Positions 26,140 through 40,000 of a stretch of 64,000 nucleotides of DNA are shown here, piece after piece. Origin of the DNA: Octopus vulgaris (Eukaryota); assembly GCA_951406725.2 (NCBI GenBank), contig OX597822.1, forward strand, positions 32,426,001 to 32,490,000, read 5' to 3'. Every line of letters starts with the position of its first letter. Position 1 is the first letter of the stretch. Both the position numbers and the translations under genes were made by a program. Under the pieces are notes generated by a model. It made no database searches. It saw nothing but the letters and a program-made list of their open reading frames with translations, and was not told where the DNA came from.

Positions 26140-27170
26140 GAAAGAAAATAAGTTCAAAAAGAACAATTCCAACTTTTTGACAGATCCAAAAAGAGAGAAA
26201 AAGTAATTTCTAACAAAGATTAATCATATTCATAGAAAATATCCAGTGCAAGTAATACCAATATGAAAATAATAGTTGAAAAATTGCGTTATGGGTATAG
26301 ATCTACCATAAACAACTATTAAAAGATGGAGGAAAAAAGATGTTGAATCAAAATTAGGTTTAATACAAAATTGGATTAAATACATACGTTCGTTTCGAAA
26401 GACAATACAAATATTTCAGAAAAAATTATAATCATAGCAATTGTAATTTATGCATTGTCATTCTCATCAGTGTGTGGAATTTTTGGAAGAACATCAAAAA
26501 GGTTTAATAAAGTACGTTTTTTCTATCACTTGTAAATTTATAATAATATTCTCCTTCATATATTCGTTTTTGTTCCTATTCTTCTTTATTGTCTCCCCTA
26601 CCCCGGGTTAATTTTTCTGCCAAGTAACTGTCTTGATTACACCGACCGGTCCTCTCGATGATCGTTGCTTTTTCTTTGTTAAGTTCTTTTGGGTTTTTTT
26701 CTCTGCTTGTATGTACACTTTTACTTAAATGTTGTATCTTTTTCAAGCATAGTCTTACCTATCAGCTTTAAGCCTCTTGTAATATATTTCTTTTTTTCAT
26801 TATTAATATGTATACGGATAACACACTATGGCTTTTTTCTGCAAGAGAACCTGTTGCATTATATTCTACTATACACACGTGGCCTTGTTTACATTATACT
26901 TCATCTCATCATGTTACTATTTCTTTAAACATATCCGTTAGATTTTTATATTATAGTTTACTGCACATATCAACTTGCATACACATTGAAATGTCTTTTT
27001 TCTTTTTCGTCTCCCTCAATATCATTATCGTTATTATTTTTCCCTTCTGCGACTTGTTCGTAAATATCCGAGACGTGCGTATGTATTAAATCTAATTTTG
27101 ATTCAACATCATAATTTCCTCCATTTTTTATACTTGTTTATTCTATATGTATATCTATAACGAATTTTTT
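26140..27170. mobile_element. Fold-back element with ~120-bp diverged arms (26280-26397 / 27069-27170), long spacer and hammerhead
   Basis: atggaggaaa..gatgttgaatcaaaattag..taatacatacg pairs with cgtatgtattaaatctaattttgattcaacatc..tttcctccat. Microsatellites flank both ends. Confidence 0.65.
26381..26475 (-). ncRNA. Type I hammerhead motif, long helix II
   Basis: - strand: ACA-CTGATGA-GAATGACAATGCA...TGTATTGTCTTTC-GAAA-C-GAAC-G-TA|TGT. Canonical core; 12 of 13 helix II positions pair. Confidence 0.72.
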
Positions 27171-27179
27171 ATATGTATG

Positions 27180-27214
<35 letters not shown>

Positions 27215-27578
27215 GTGTGTGTGTGTGTGAGGGTATATCTATATATATATATACATATATATATGCATATATATATACACATATATATATTTATTTATTT
27301 ATACATATATACACATCCATACATTCAAACTAACATACATATACACACACGCATATATATATATATATATATATATACATTTATGTGTGTGTGTTTGTCC
27401 CCAACCATCGCTTGACAATCGACGATGGTGTGTTTATGTAGCCGCAAGTTAGCGGTGCAGCAAAAGAGGACGATAGGCTACGTACTAGACTTACAAAGTA
27501 TAAGACCAGGGGTTGACTTGTTCGACTAAAAGCAGTGCTCCTGCATGTCTCCAGTCTAATGTCTTAACATACACAAGA

Positions 27579-27624
<46 letters not shown>

Positions 27625-27716
27625 CGGGAAGGTTTACGAAAATAAACAAAAGACGAAGGCAGGTAGAGTACAAACAAATTTATTAGTATGGTGCTCAGGA
27701 ATAGAAATAGAACAAG

Positions 27717-27754
27717 TCTTTTACGTTTCGAGCCTACGCTCTTCGACAGAAAGA
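27717..27754 (-). ncRNA. Minimal type I hammerhead motif (A6 substituted)
   Basis: - strand: TCTTT-CTGTCGAA-GAGC-GTAG-GCTC-GAAA-CG-TA|AAAGA. Perfect 5-bp helix I and 4-bp helix II. Confidence 0.68.
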
Positions 27755-28570
27755 TACACAGAAAAAAATGCGTGTAGGAGCTGACGCTCTATCATGTCGT
27801 TCTGACTTCAGGCAGAGGTCAGACGTTAGACGCTAGAGGGATAGTAGGGGAGATAACAGGGTCAAGTGACTTCCAAAGCGAAGGTGGCCCCAACACGTAT
27901 GTGAGTGTGTATAAGAGAGTATGTATGTGCGTGTGAAAGGGAGCTGGTGGCCTGGACGTGTGTATGTATGTATGTATGTATGTATGTGTGGGTGTGGAGA
28001 TATGGGGATGGGTGTGTGGGTGGTGTGTTGTGATATGATATGTGTATGTATGTGTAGGTGTAAAGATGTGGGGATGGGTGTGTGGGCGGTGTGCTGTGGG
28101 TGGTGTGTTGTGATGTGATGTGTAATGTGGGCGGTATGCTGTGGGTGGTGTGTTGTAATGTGATGTGTAATGTTGTATGGTGTAGTGTGGTGTGATGTTG
28201 TGGGGGAGGTGGGGGGCGAGAGTGGAGAAACCCCATGTGGGGTGTGGGTTCGGCTGGGGGTTGGGGTAGAGTGGGGGATGTGGGGAGAGTGAGAGGTGGA
28301 TGTGGGGAGAGTGAGAGGGGGAGAGAACATAGGAGCGGAGGGGAGAGGAGATGAGGGGAAAGAGGTGAAGGAGGGAGAAGAGGAGAATGAGGGTGGAGGA
28401 GGGGTAGGGTAGGGGAGGTGAGGGGAGAGAAGGGGAAAGGGAAGAGGAGGGAAAGAGAGTAGTGATGAAAAGATGAAAGACTGAAGAGAAGTAGGAGTCG
28501 GGAGGGAGGTTAGATGAAAAGCGGGGAGAGTTGAGCCCAAATGGTGTAAAGAGCGAAGAGAGAAGATTAA

Positions 28571-29250
28571 TCACTGTTCACGGCGCAAGCGGGAATCCGG
28601 ATGGCCTCTGTGCAAGAACAATCCGAACACAGACAGGTGTTGCAAGGAGTGAACGGTGGAGCGGAAATGGCGTGAGACTGGTGTGCCATTGGCTAGGCGG
28701 ATGTCTCGGAGGTGTTTCGCGAACCGGTCAGCCAAGCGGCGTCCCGTTTCTCCGATGTACAGGGAATGGCAGAGAGAGCAGGAGATGCAATAGATGATAT
28801 TGCTGGAGGTGCAGGTGAAGGAGTCGATGATGCGATAGGGCCGATGATGGGTGCCGGTGAGGAGGGTGGTGCTGGAGAGGTAAGTGTAAGTGCGGCAACG
28901 TGGGTGGGAGCAGGGGAACGAGCCAGTTTGGGAGGTGGGGTCAGGGAAGAAGCTGTGGACCAAGAGGTCCCGTACGTTGTGGGCTCGTTTGAAGGAGGGG
29001 AGGGGTCGGTTAGGGAAGGGGTGTGAAGTGGACGGGTCGGACTGGAGATGCCGGAAAGCTCGAAGAATGGTGCGTTGGAGAGGTAGGGTGGTGGGGTGAT
29101 AAGTGAGGGGAAAAGGGAGGCGGGAGACTGCAGGGCGGGTTCGGGGGTGAGAGCAGAAGCACGGTCTACGGAACGTGCTCTGGCAAGGGCGGTGTGGATA
29201 GGGTTGAGGGGGTATCCAAGTAGGATGAAGTGGCGAGCCATGAGTTGAGA
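28571..29250 (-). pseudogene. PLE C-terminal thumb/linker + GIY-YIG endonuclease fragment
   Basis: LPSFKRAHNVRDLLVHS, linker PCSHPRCRTY (degenerate C-x4-C-x2-C), [47 protein letters not shown]. Confidence 0.88.
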
Positions 29251-29644
29251 CTGAGTCCTTTCTCGTCTTTTCTCTAACAGCATCATATTTAACCATATGC
29301 TTTTCAAAGACCAGCGTCATTTGTCGTTTCATTTTTAATTATAAAACGACCAGCTAAGTTCTATATCTGAGTCTGAGAGATTGCTTGGAAACACGACACA
29401 TGATATACAAGCATATCTCATTATTTTGTCTTCGTAGTATGAAACTGAAATTCGCTCGAACTATTTTAACTGTGAAATAGAATTCATCGCTCACTAAATT
29501 GAACGACTTCCCGTTGATGCCAGCAATAACAGTAAAGTAGATTATGTGTGTGTGTGTTCACGTGTGTGTGTGTGTCTACCCGCGTGCACGTGGTTTTGTG
29601 TGTGAAAAGTACCTTCTCACTCGTTGATCCTACCTATAACGGAA

Positions 29645-29700
<56 letters not shown>

Positions 29701-29738
29701 GTATATATGTATATGCATATGTATATATAGATATGTAT

Positions 29739-30010
29739 AGGCCCATGGTTTAGTGGTTAGGGTGTTGTACTCGCGATCGGGAGCTCGTGGTTTCAGTTCG
29801 CAGACCGGATGTTGCGTTGTGTTCTTGAGCAAAACACTCACTTCACGTTGTTCTGCGATCATTTAGTCATCTGACATGTGGCACATGGTGCACCTGTACC
29901 TGTAATGCCGATTTGATGTGTAGAGTGAGTTTATGCGAACAAATATATTTGATCATCAGTGTGGTTTTGGACAAGAAATTGCCGAGCCCCCATACGTTGT
30001 CTAACGACAG
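29739..30010 (+). mobile_element. Older tRNA-derived SINE with a head related to family A
   Basis: tggtttagtggttagggtgttgtactcgcgatc...ggtttcagttcgcagaccgg...gtgttcttgagcaaaacact. Confidence 0.6.
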
Positions 30011-32359
30011 GAGCATATATGATGTGCGCATGTGTGTGTGCATGTGTATGTGTGTGAAGCAAAAACGAATGCAATTGTATGTTAATGTATCCATATATTT
30101 ATTGTCCAGATATTCATACGCTACGTCACTAGTTTCGCCATTAAGTGGTCTTTAGGACGTTGTTTATCAATAAAGTACGTATATTTTATACATGCGTGGT
30201 TCTATAATTTAGCTTATAAGATTTAACGGCTTGATCACTACGGAATCTGTAAATATGCCTATTTAAATGCCTCAATATGTGCCTATTCGGATGTAGTCGT
30301 ATATCCTTTATGTCTACAAGACATGCATGCTCTAGCTTTCTCACCCTATTAGAGAAGAAAAGTCATTCTAACCTTAGTATTAATTAAGGACAAATAGCTA
30401 TTTGGAGAGAAAGGAGAATGATTAAATACAAATCAAAAGGAAATGCGTGAACAAATGGGAATTCTGCAGTTGGGATTCCGGTACGTATCAATTTATAAAA
30501 TAGATTACTTAAGAGCGCAAAGAATAACTGCAAATGAAAAGAGAAAAGATATGTACATTCTTGTTGAAATTCTGATTGTTCCCGTTTGGGCTCTGGCAAT
30601 GTTTGTGCTTTTGTAGACCCAAAAGCACATGATGGCATAAATATATTATTTGGCCTTATTCAGTATTCGGGTTCGACGTTTGAATGCCAGTTGATATACC
30701 ATGGTGTAAAAACAACCCAGAAGGCAGTTTATGACATATCTCAACACTCTGTGTAATTTTATTCCCCAGCTATGTGTTACCGATACACATAACACACAGA
30801 CGCAAGCACACACACAAACACGCACAGGTGTGTGTGTGTGTGTGTGTAAGTAATTATTTTCTATTGTAGGCACAATGCCTGCACTTTGTGGGAAGGGATT
30901 TATCGATAGGATGAATATCGAAGTCGGAACCGGACAAACCTTATCTCAGAACATAAAGACGTACGAAGTGCCCTGAAGCATTTTGTCCGGTTTGCTAACA
31001 ATTCGGCCAGCTTTTCTCAGATATGCACATAACAACTGATATACATTTCTCTAGTTATGCTTTATATCGTATAGAGTAAGACAGGGATTATAAAAGAGAT
31101 AAAGAGAGATTTATCATAAGAGGTGAGGGACTAGTGCCAATATTTCGGGTCGAGTACAGAATGAGTGCCAATACTTGGTCTGGCTGCAGTATTGAATGAA
31201 GAATGCTAAACACTCACACTTGAAGATAAAGAATAATAACACAGAGGAGCAGAAGGGAGAGTAAATAGCAAAGACACACAGAGAGAAAGAGAGAATGAGT
31301 GTTTGTGTGTGTGAATGAGAAATGAATGAAATTACAACAGCCGAGATAAGTGCATCACAATGTATGAATTATGTTAGAAATAGATTAAGTAAAACTAGAG
31401 AGGACAGAAAGAACAGGATGGGTATAGAATAGCCCAAGAGTAGAGAGAGAGAAGAGTGAGAAGGGATGAGGTAAAATTTAGGAGAGTGGGTGATAGAGAG
31501 TAGAGATTTGGGGGATAATAGGGTAGGTAGAGAGATAGACTGAGGTTGAACGGTAGACTATTGTATACGTATTACAGAAACAATTAGCACCTATCATATG
31601 AATTTCTGTGTTTTTTTTTTTTTAACAGTGGATATCATATTCGCTGTGGAATTGTGAAACATCATTGTGCTTCCGTTTCCGAGTTTGTACGTAAAGAACA
31701 ATTATCTCATACATCAAAAGAAAGCTACTCCTACTGGCATTAACCATCGAAATAATCTCCTCGGAACTCCTCCACAAATTATTACACATTTATATCTCAC
31801 AGAATCAGGTATTACATGCATACATACACACGCACACACACACACACACACACACATACACACTCACACACATACATCAATCTACACAAATGCTGCAGCC
31901 TTACATTCACAAACATTTCATCAATGACATCACATCTACAATTGAATTTAGAAATACAAATACAATACTTTGCTCACACACACAATTCTCGCTTGATCCC
32001 TTTCCCAAACCATATACTGAATATAGTAAATTCATTGTCAATTTCTTCATAACTGCACAAAAATCTACATAACGGCGTCTTGTATACACCTTCCTCAAAA
32101 AAATTAACTCTTCTTGCCATACACATACATCTTGGGTCATAAACTTGACACCTCCTTTGCTCGAAGGCGCATACATAAATATATTTCACGCATGAATTCA
32201 TTTCATACACATGTGTATGTGTGCGTGCGTGCGTCCGTGTGTGTGTGTGTATTCCTTCTTGATGGCAATCTCTGATCGTAATGTCTATTTATATTCCATT
32301 TATATTTTTCTCTACACCTCAGTTATATCGATTTAGTGTTTATTTAGTTGTTGCAGTTG

Positions 32360-32390
<31 letters not shown>

Positions 32391-33599
32391 TTTCCGTTGT
32401 TTTCCCACTGAATTGGATTCACCAGGATATACATTATGGTACCTATCTAGACATAACGTCGATTAGTACAGAATTTACTATTTATTATTTACCAAAGGAG
32501 AATTAAATATAATTTCGTTCTGAAATCAAAATGTTTATAGTGAGAGCAACCCCATTAACAACAAGACTTCAAATTACAAGATTACTTATTGTGCATGTCA
32601 TATAGAAAAACCGAAGCTCCAAAATTTCAAATAGAATCATTTCAAATTAGTGACTAATTCCACAAATTATAGGAAAATGTGTGCATGCAATTCTAATTGC
32701 TTGCTTGGTTTCGTTCACAATGTGTAAATTTTAGAGTCATTTATTTATGACAAGGCATATATATATTAATTAATATCTTATTGCATTACATTTCTTAATG
32801 ATATTAATTGTGCACACATGTAGCTCAGTGAAATTGTGAAATATCAGTCAATTCTCAATTGTACAAATAATGAGATCAATATGAAATAATACTTAATAAA
32901 TCAATTATCTTTACACCAACAAAAAACAGAAGTGCTCATATATACACACACAAACAAATCTCTGAGAGGCACGTATTCAGGCATCTGTATATGTATATAT
33001 ACATATATGTGTGTGTGTGGAGAGAGAGAGAGGGAAATCGAGGGATAGGAAGGGATATCTTAAGTCAGAGACTTGAGATCATTGCTTCGGATTTATACGT
33101 AACAAGCATTTTGGCTCATCATCTCCACGCTAAATTGCTTTTGAGCGATTAACATCATAGATGAAAAGAAAATGTTGTTATATGTAGCAGACCATTCAGG
33201 ATAAACAGTTAAATATCAGCTAAAATTTTTTAGTGTAATGTATTTCTTTAGAAGTTTGTCTTTCTCCTATTAGTTCCAATATGGAACTAATAGGTGAAAA
33301 CTGATTTTCTCCATAACCGTTTCCCTTCATGCTACAGTTATATTCTTCTATATTATTCACACCAATATAAGTCTTTGCTATTTTTCGAAAAATTATCAGT
33401 AAAGTATTAAAATTATATTACTTTGTTGATTCTTTTATTCTCCCCCCCCCCAAAAAAAAAAACAAACAATAATAACATAGAATCAAGTTCACGATTTTTT
33501 TTTTTTTTTTTGAGCTGTGAAATTCATTCCATGCGCAACAGTATTGGATAGACAGTAAATTTATCGACTTTGACCGAATGGAAATATCATAGATGCAAA

Positions 33600-34330
33600 A
33601 CGAATTTGTTGAATGTCGTTAGTTGATTAACTGGACACCGTTACTTGACTAAAAATGTATTATATCGACCCAGAAAAAGTGAAAGTTTCAACTGAACTCG
33701 GTGATATTTTAACTCCGAATGAAAAAACATGGGATTCATACTGCAAAATGTTTTCCTGACGCTCTATCGATTATATCACTCTCCCTGTCATATCAATAAC
33801 AATAAGAAATTTTCTGATTTAAGCACAAAACAGTAATTTTGAAGAGCGAATGCTAGCCGATGATTCTAACCTCAGTGTTGACTAGTACTTTCACTAATCA
33901 ATCTCTATAGGATGAAAGGTAAAGTTGACCTGAGCCCCATTTGAACTTGGAATGTAACGAGCCGGAGCAAAACTGCGGGGCAATTTTCCGATGTTCTGTC
34001 CCTTCTGCTAGCTTACCGGCTTTAAAATCATTTTCAACTTAGATACAATTTTGAGGGGAGGAAATTAGTCGATGATGTCGTCGGCTCTATTTTGTGACAA
34101 GCGCTTTTTTTTTTGTTGATTCGGACTATATGAAATGCAAAATTGACCTCGGTTTTATTTAAACTGAGATCGTAAAAAGCTATAAGTAGTATTACTAGGT
34201 GTTTTCCGATCATGCATATTCTATCCATCCATCCGCCGGTTTAATAGCAATATTAGTGGATTGAAATTTGGCACAGAAGGGTACTTATTTTATCAATCCG
34301 AAAGGATGAACGGTAGAGTCGATCTCAGTA
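33600..34330 (-). mobile_element. Old, diverged family B-related SINE copies (similar relics at ~260-610, 30870-31010, 42560-42716, 63840-63930)
   Basis: Remnants of tcgaccc.gaaaggatgaaaggcaaagttgacctcgg..atttgaactc. Confidence 0.6.
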
Positions 34331-36811
34331 GAACAACAACGATATTAATAAGACTTAGTCACAGCAAAAATATACCACCAGCCTAATACCTGGAAATAAA
34401 GGGAATGTAGACACAAATCTCAACATAACTAGCGTAATCATTGAAGAAAATGAACGAACGTTTTAAACAAAATGAAAAACGGTAAAGAAAGCGAAGTGAA
34501 TTAAAATACATGAAGAGAAATCCACACACTGATATACACACAACGACTCACTACACCTTAATATTAGATATGTGTAACGTTGCGCTATAAATAATTCTGT
34601 CAATGGAACATTTACTACATAGAATTTTATAAGAAGGAAATAAATTTCTATTTACCCAGAGAAATGGAAACAGTGTAAATTACTACGAGAAATAAAAAAA
34701 CTGAAATAATCATTAAAGGAACGAGAAAATATTATGAAATATTGAGAATCTTCAGCAAATCCAGTTGGTGAGGGAATTATTTATAGATTAAATTAAAAAT
34801 AAATAAATTTGTACACATCAGAAAATTCATTTCTTTGTTTATGTATAAGAGCAATAGTTCATAGTCGGCTTTCAATGATGGACTTTGTATGCTTAGCTGA
34901 TGAAGCGCAACGACATAGTAATGGTTGCTCTATGGTTCAATGACGTCATTGGTAGCCCAACGATAAGTTTTCATGCACATTGCCAATAAAGACATTTTCT
35001 CTCCTGAGATACGATCTGCGGTGAAGGCCTTTCCATATTTGAGTGCACAGGAAAATGTTGAATAAATCAATATATACTTATATTTTAGTCATTACAGCTT
35101 AACGTGCCACTAATTTACTTAATTGATAAGTATTATAAATTGCTTGGTTGCTTATTGGAAATTTATTGTTTTGAAACAAAACAAATTATGAAAACTAGCT
35201 AAAATGTTATCATATTAGTAATTTTAACTATACTAAAAACAATAGGAGAGAAAACCTCTCAGTGGTTTTAACCCACCCAGCAACATCAAAATAGTAAGAG
35301 AACGCCCAATCCCCAAACAAATAGCAACATCAGTCTTCTCAGAGTGATAGAAACCCAATGATTGAACTCCAAATAATAACATATTAACGAAACAGAAAGA
35401 ATAATAACAATAATATTTCCAGTAGCTGAGTCGTTTTACAGATACAATATATTAATGAAACTAATCTATTATGGGGTACAGAATTACAGTGTTTTTTGTC
35501 TAGGGAAATTCCTCTTCAACAAGACAACGTGATCAAAACTACAGCAAATAACGGCAATATAAAGAAAAAATAGAAATTATGTAAATTTCATTTTCCAAAA
35601 CAATAGTTTTCAATGAAGTAGACATTTGATAGTAATATGAAGAAATGATAACAAACAATGTATATGACTACGGCTGCATATATTGTATCAGAGTAAACCA
35701 TTTTCACAAAAGAAACTTTAAAATATATCAATATATGCGGCGGATCAATAGGGCATTTTACCCTCTCATTACATTAAGAGGACGCTCACTAACAATTTTG
35801 TGCTTGTGAAACGGCAACACGAATATGATTTATATTCTATGCCAACGACTTTGTTCAGGTTTTCCTAACAAGCACAAAGAACCACCAAGATTGCTGTGAT
35901 AAAGAAGGGAATCAGAAGTCCATGAACAAGTAATATTTTACTTGTAACCCATTACCTTCACGCGTTCTTCTCATTTCTAATTCTCTCAGCAGAGACTGAA
36001 CTTCTCTGAAATAATATACAAAAACATGTTAAACGCACACTTTCTTGCTTGGAAATTTATCAAAATATCCGCAAAGAGACTAATATTTTCAGATATCACA
36101 TTTCTCTCGCCAATACGTTGTGCACAACACACACCAAAAAAGCTAATAATAATAACTAGCAATTCGATGTTGCTTCCCAGCTGTGAATAGCAATCGAAGT
36201 AAATTCAACTCACTTATGCTTCTAATTGTTCTTTATGCTTATGTTCAATGTCCGCCGTTGGTGTAAATTCACGCCTCATATTATGTTATTGTTTTATTGT
36301 CTCAGTCGTTGAACATTTACTGTGTTAATTTACTTAGTTAATGAAATCAACCCAAGCGTTTTGTATTTCATTTGTGTTATTCACCGCAGGAGCAGTGCAG
36401 TCAAGTTTTGCCGACAAAGTATTTCAAAAATGATGTATATGTAAAGGGAACTTTTAACATTAGCTAATTTACAAAGACAAATGTACTTTAAATTAGCTAA
36501 TAAATGAATACAAGGATGCTTTCCGATAATCGCTTTGACTCTCTAAGCTCTAATCCTGAGATGGTGGCATAAAGTACCAGTCCTTTACAGAAGTCTTTTC
36601 TTTTCTAGCTTTCTGATTTTCTTTCTTTTTATATCTCTCCTCCTAGAATAAATCAGCTGAAGTCAGACGTTAGAAGGTTTAGGCTCCGCTACAGCCCAAA
36701 TGCCACTCACAATGGTACTCCTACATTTTCATTACATGAATGCATGCAAATATTAATATATACTGGTATCAATGTATACACCGATTAAATTATAGATGCG
36801 GTAATGTATAC

Positions 36812-36909
<98 letters not shown>

Positions 36910-36934
36910 ATGCGTATGAACAAATATACACATT

Positions 36935-37160
36935 TGCAATGGCCGAGTGGTTAGGGCAGCGGACTTGCGGTCGGAGGATCGCGGTTTCGATTCCCAGACC
37001 GGGCGTTGTGTGTGTTTATTGAGCGAAAACACCTAAAAGCTCCACGAGGCTCCGGCAGGGGATGGTGGTGATCCCTGCTGTACTCTTTCACCACTCTAAA
37101 GGCGGTGCTCCAGCATGGCCGCAGTCAAATGACTGAAACAAGTACAAAAAAAAAATAAAA
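36935..37160 (+). mobile_element. Chimeric SINE: family A head + family C 3' end
   Basis: 36935-37097 matches the 12930-13090 head. 37098-37150 (aaaggcggtgctccagcatggccgcagtcaaatgactgaaacaagta) is the family C terminus. Confidence 0.8.
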
Positions 37161-38875
37161 AAATATTAATCGATTACCAATCACTAATCAATATATTGTA
37201 TTTTATGCATATTGAATATTTCTCTACTTTTATATATTACATTTGAAAAATGTCTCTTCTGTTCTTTCTTTTGAGTTCCTTTATTGCATTTAATCATTTA
37301 TTGTCTATTCTGATAGTAATCAACTTATTTTTCCTTATAGTATATATATATATATATATATATCGTCAAAGCGACAGCAAGAAGCTGTCTACAGGAATGT
37401 GTCACTGTAAGTGATAGTGCGTGTGTGCGTTGTGTGTTTGAGCAAGTACATATGTCGGCATTAGTGTTTGTATTATATATTTGCGTCTGTGTGAGGAAGT
37501 TTCTACTCATTGTACATACATTTTTGTTTTGTATTATTTCCCAAATATAAAAGACGATCAGCTTTATTTTCCTCAATTCTGCGACTCCCTTCTCTTGAAC
37601 TAAATTAATATTTATTGATTCCGGTCGAACGATTCGATTGTCATTTAAAACCACTTCATCTAACCTATGCAGTTAAATCCCTCGGAGACATAAATCTTCA
37701 TCCTACCATAAAATTGTGTATGCTATAAATCTAGGAAAATGTAATCACTAGAATTCACGCGGACAATGGACAGCCTTCCCAGTAAACAATTAATACATCT
37801 CAAATGAAAAATGCTAACCTATTCTTTGTTTAATTCCGATAGATACAAATTTCTCAATTTTTTTTTCAAATTTGTATCCTTGGTAGAAATTCACATACTT
37901 TGTTATTTATTTATTAATAAAATGTCTGTGTAATTTCTATTTCAAAAATAAAATGACCTGTCGTATTGGACAATGGAATTGTTGATCATCAGTTCAAATA
38001 GCCTTGCATTGAATATATGAAAAGAAATTATTTTCTGTATAAATCCAGTTCATATTGTTTTCGAATATAAATGTTATATGCTGTTGTTTAGCAAAATTTC
38101 AATTTTGGTTCTAATACACCTATGACGAAAGCCATTCTAGTAATCTCCATTTTGATTTTATATAAATCTAAGTCTACATTAACGAACGTGGCAGTTTCTT
38201 TTATAGTTTGATGTGCTATTTGAGGAAAATACTATTGTCAGACAGCCTCATAAAAGTAGTCTTAAAATTTCCATAAATACATAAATAAACAAAAAATGCT
38301 CATATCCATCAAGCTTTTTATTATATCTTATATAGCCACATCTATATCCTGGCACCATGTGATGTGGTGTCTGGTGCCTAACATATCATTTTACATGTGT
38401 CCATCACACCTCCATCACACGCTATTAATGTGAGCTTCTTCCACCATAAACATGACAAATTGATATATCCAGTGTTTGCTGTTACTTTGCTTTCTATCTA
38501 TTTTTAAACAAGATACAGATGTGATTCTCCACAATTATTCCTCATAATTAGTAGACGTCTATTGGTTACAGTTACATATGACTTCAACTTCAGTTTCACA
38601 GAATGTCACAATTACGAAGTAACAACTGAACACAAAAGTGCAGGCCGATATATGATTCACGGCAGAGTGATTTTAATACGTACAACGGCCTACTGTACTA
38701 ATTTATTTATTGCCATGTGAACTAATTCAGCGAGGAAATTGCGTCTAGGTGTCGGGCACTGCACTGTAGTACAGAGAGCAGTATGCATCCTAAATTTACT
38801 AATTAATGAACTTAATGATAAATCAATCTACCGCCTATAACGAACCTTAATTTGTTTGTCCAAGAAGCTATATAA

Positions 38876-39067
38876 GGCGTCAAGCTGGCAAAAATGTTAG
38901 CACGCCGGGCGAAATGCTTTGTTGTATTTCGTCCGCCACTGCGTTCTGAACTAAAATTACACGGGTCGATAAATTGAGTACCAGTTACGCACTGAGATCG
39001 ATGTAATCCATTTGTCACTCCTTGTTTATTTCCTCTATGTTTATCCCCTTGTGGGCAATAAAAAGAA
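38876..39067 (+). mobile_element. SINE family B with internal deletion and 14-bp TSD
   Basis: TSD aagaagctatataa at 38862-38875 and 39068-39081. Confidence 0.82.
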
Positions 39068-39734
39068 AAGAAGCTATATAATTAAATATTCAATGCAATC
39101 TCACTTAGTGTTTTAAGGAATGTTTTACTTCCGGAACTTATGCATATTCTATGGAAAAGTTGAGTGAGTGTCCGTGTCGATTTGAATTAAAATTATTCTT
39201 AAAGTGCAGCTGAAAATGTTGTTTATACATTCAAGTTTATTTTGTTCGAGCCTCTTTAGCATTGAGATTATATCCAAATTTGTAGTTTTAATGGCTTAAC
39301 ATTCATCTATTATCTTATACGAGATAAGATCTTCTTTTATTGCTTCTGTTGTCCCTTCATTTTATTATGTCTTCACGGACTTGTATTTAAGTGGATCTTG
39401 ATGGATAATTTTATTTGTTGCGAGCAAAAGTACAGCCAGAAATGATTGACGTTGACGTTTGAATCATTGTGTTAAATATCACCTAGATGGTATGTTGTGG
39501 TGTATTTGTAACATACACAGACGGGGATATCATTTAGCACTATCGATAGAACGCTACGCAAAATAATACTTAGTGGCATTTCGTCCGTCTTTATGTTCAA
39601 GCACCAACTATAATGGTACAGTTTCTATTCAACGTCACTATATTTGTGATTTATGAATTCCAAACGTACCGTGAGAGTTTTATGGCGATTGTTACAAAAG
39701 CAAAGCGAGCTGATGGTGACACAAAACTCCATTT

Positions 39735-40000
39735 ATTTTACACCGGTTCCTTGGAGCTGATTCGAAGTCTAGTCTTTGGAAAACCACTGCAATCCAAATC
39801 AAGTGAATTTGGGCGCGTGCAATTACCTATCAGTTGCTTCCACATTGTCACCATTTCACAATAACGTGTTTCGCATCCAGTAGTCGGTTGTTGGGTTTCC
39901 ATTTAAATAGAGTATACAATGTACTTTTATGTACTCTTGGTAATGATGTACGCATGCTGCATTGGCCATTTGCATTTGGAGAAGGATTACTCGCATCAAA
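39735..40000 (-). pseudogene. Possible highly decayed RTE-like LINE ORF2 C-terminus
   Basis: RTSLPRV...LFKWKPNNR...KW resembles the RTE 'R.PK...W.P...R..W' end. Weak. Confidence 0.3.

Larger units (their letters stand above)
27623..29250 (-). mobile_element. Penelope-like element 3' fragment (Neptune-like): GIY-YIG endonuclease, low-complexity 3' region, hammerhead motif, terminus in (TA)n
   Basis: GIY-YIG ORF, polypurine tract 28250-28530, HHR 27717-27754, and terminus ...ccttcccgtt|atata shared with the copies at 22563 and 47413. Confidence 0.88.

Noticed and set aside
27819-28574. 251-aa and 235-aa Pro/His/Ser-rich ORFs
   Set aside because: Read-through of the low-complexity PLE 3' tract, which is not conserved between copies.
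34898-34915. CTGATGAAG box (similar isolated boxes at 18526, 22083, 53857)
   Set aside because: No properly placed helix II + GAAA + helix III/I.
36935-37010. tRNA-like sequence
   Set aside because: It is a SINE head: there is no complete acceptor stem and it continues into the SINE body in multiple copies.
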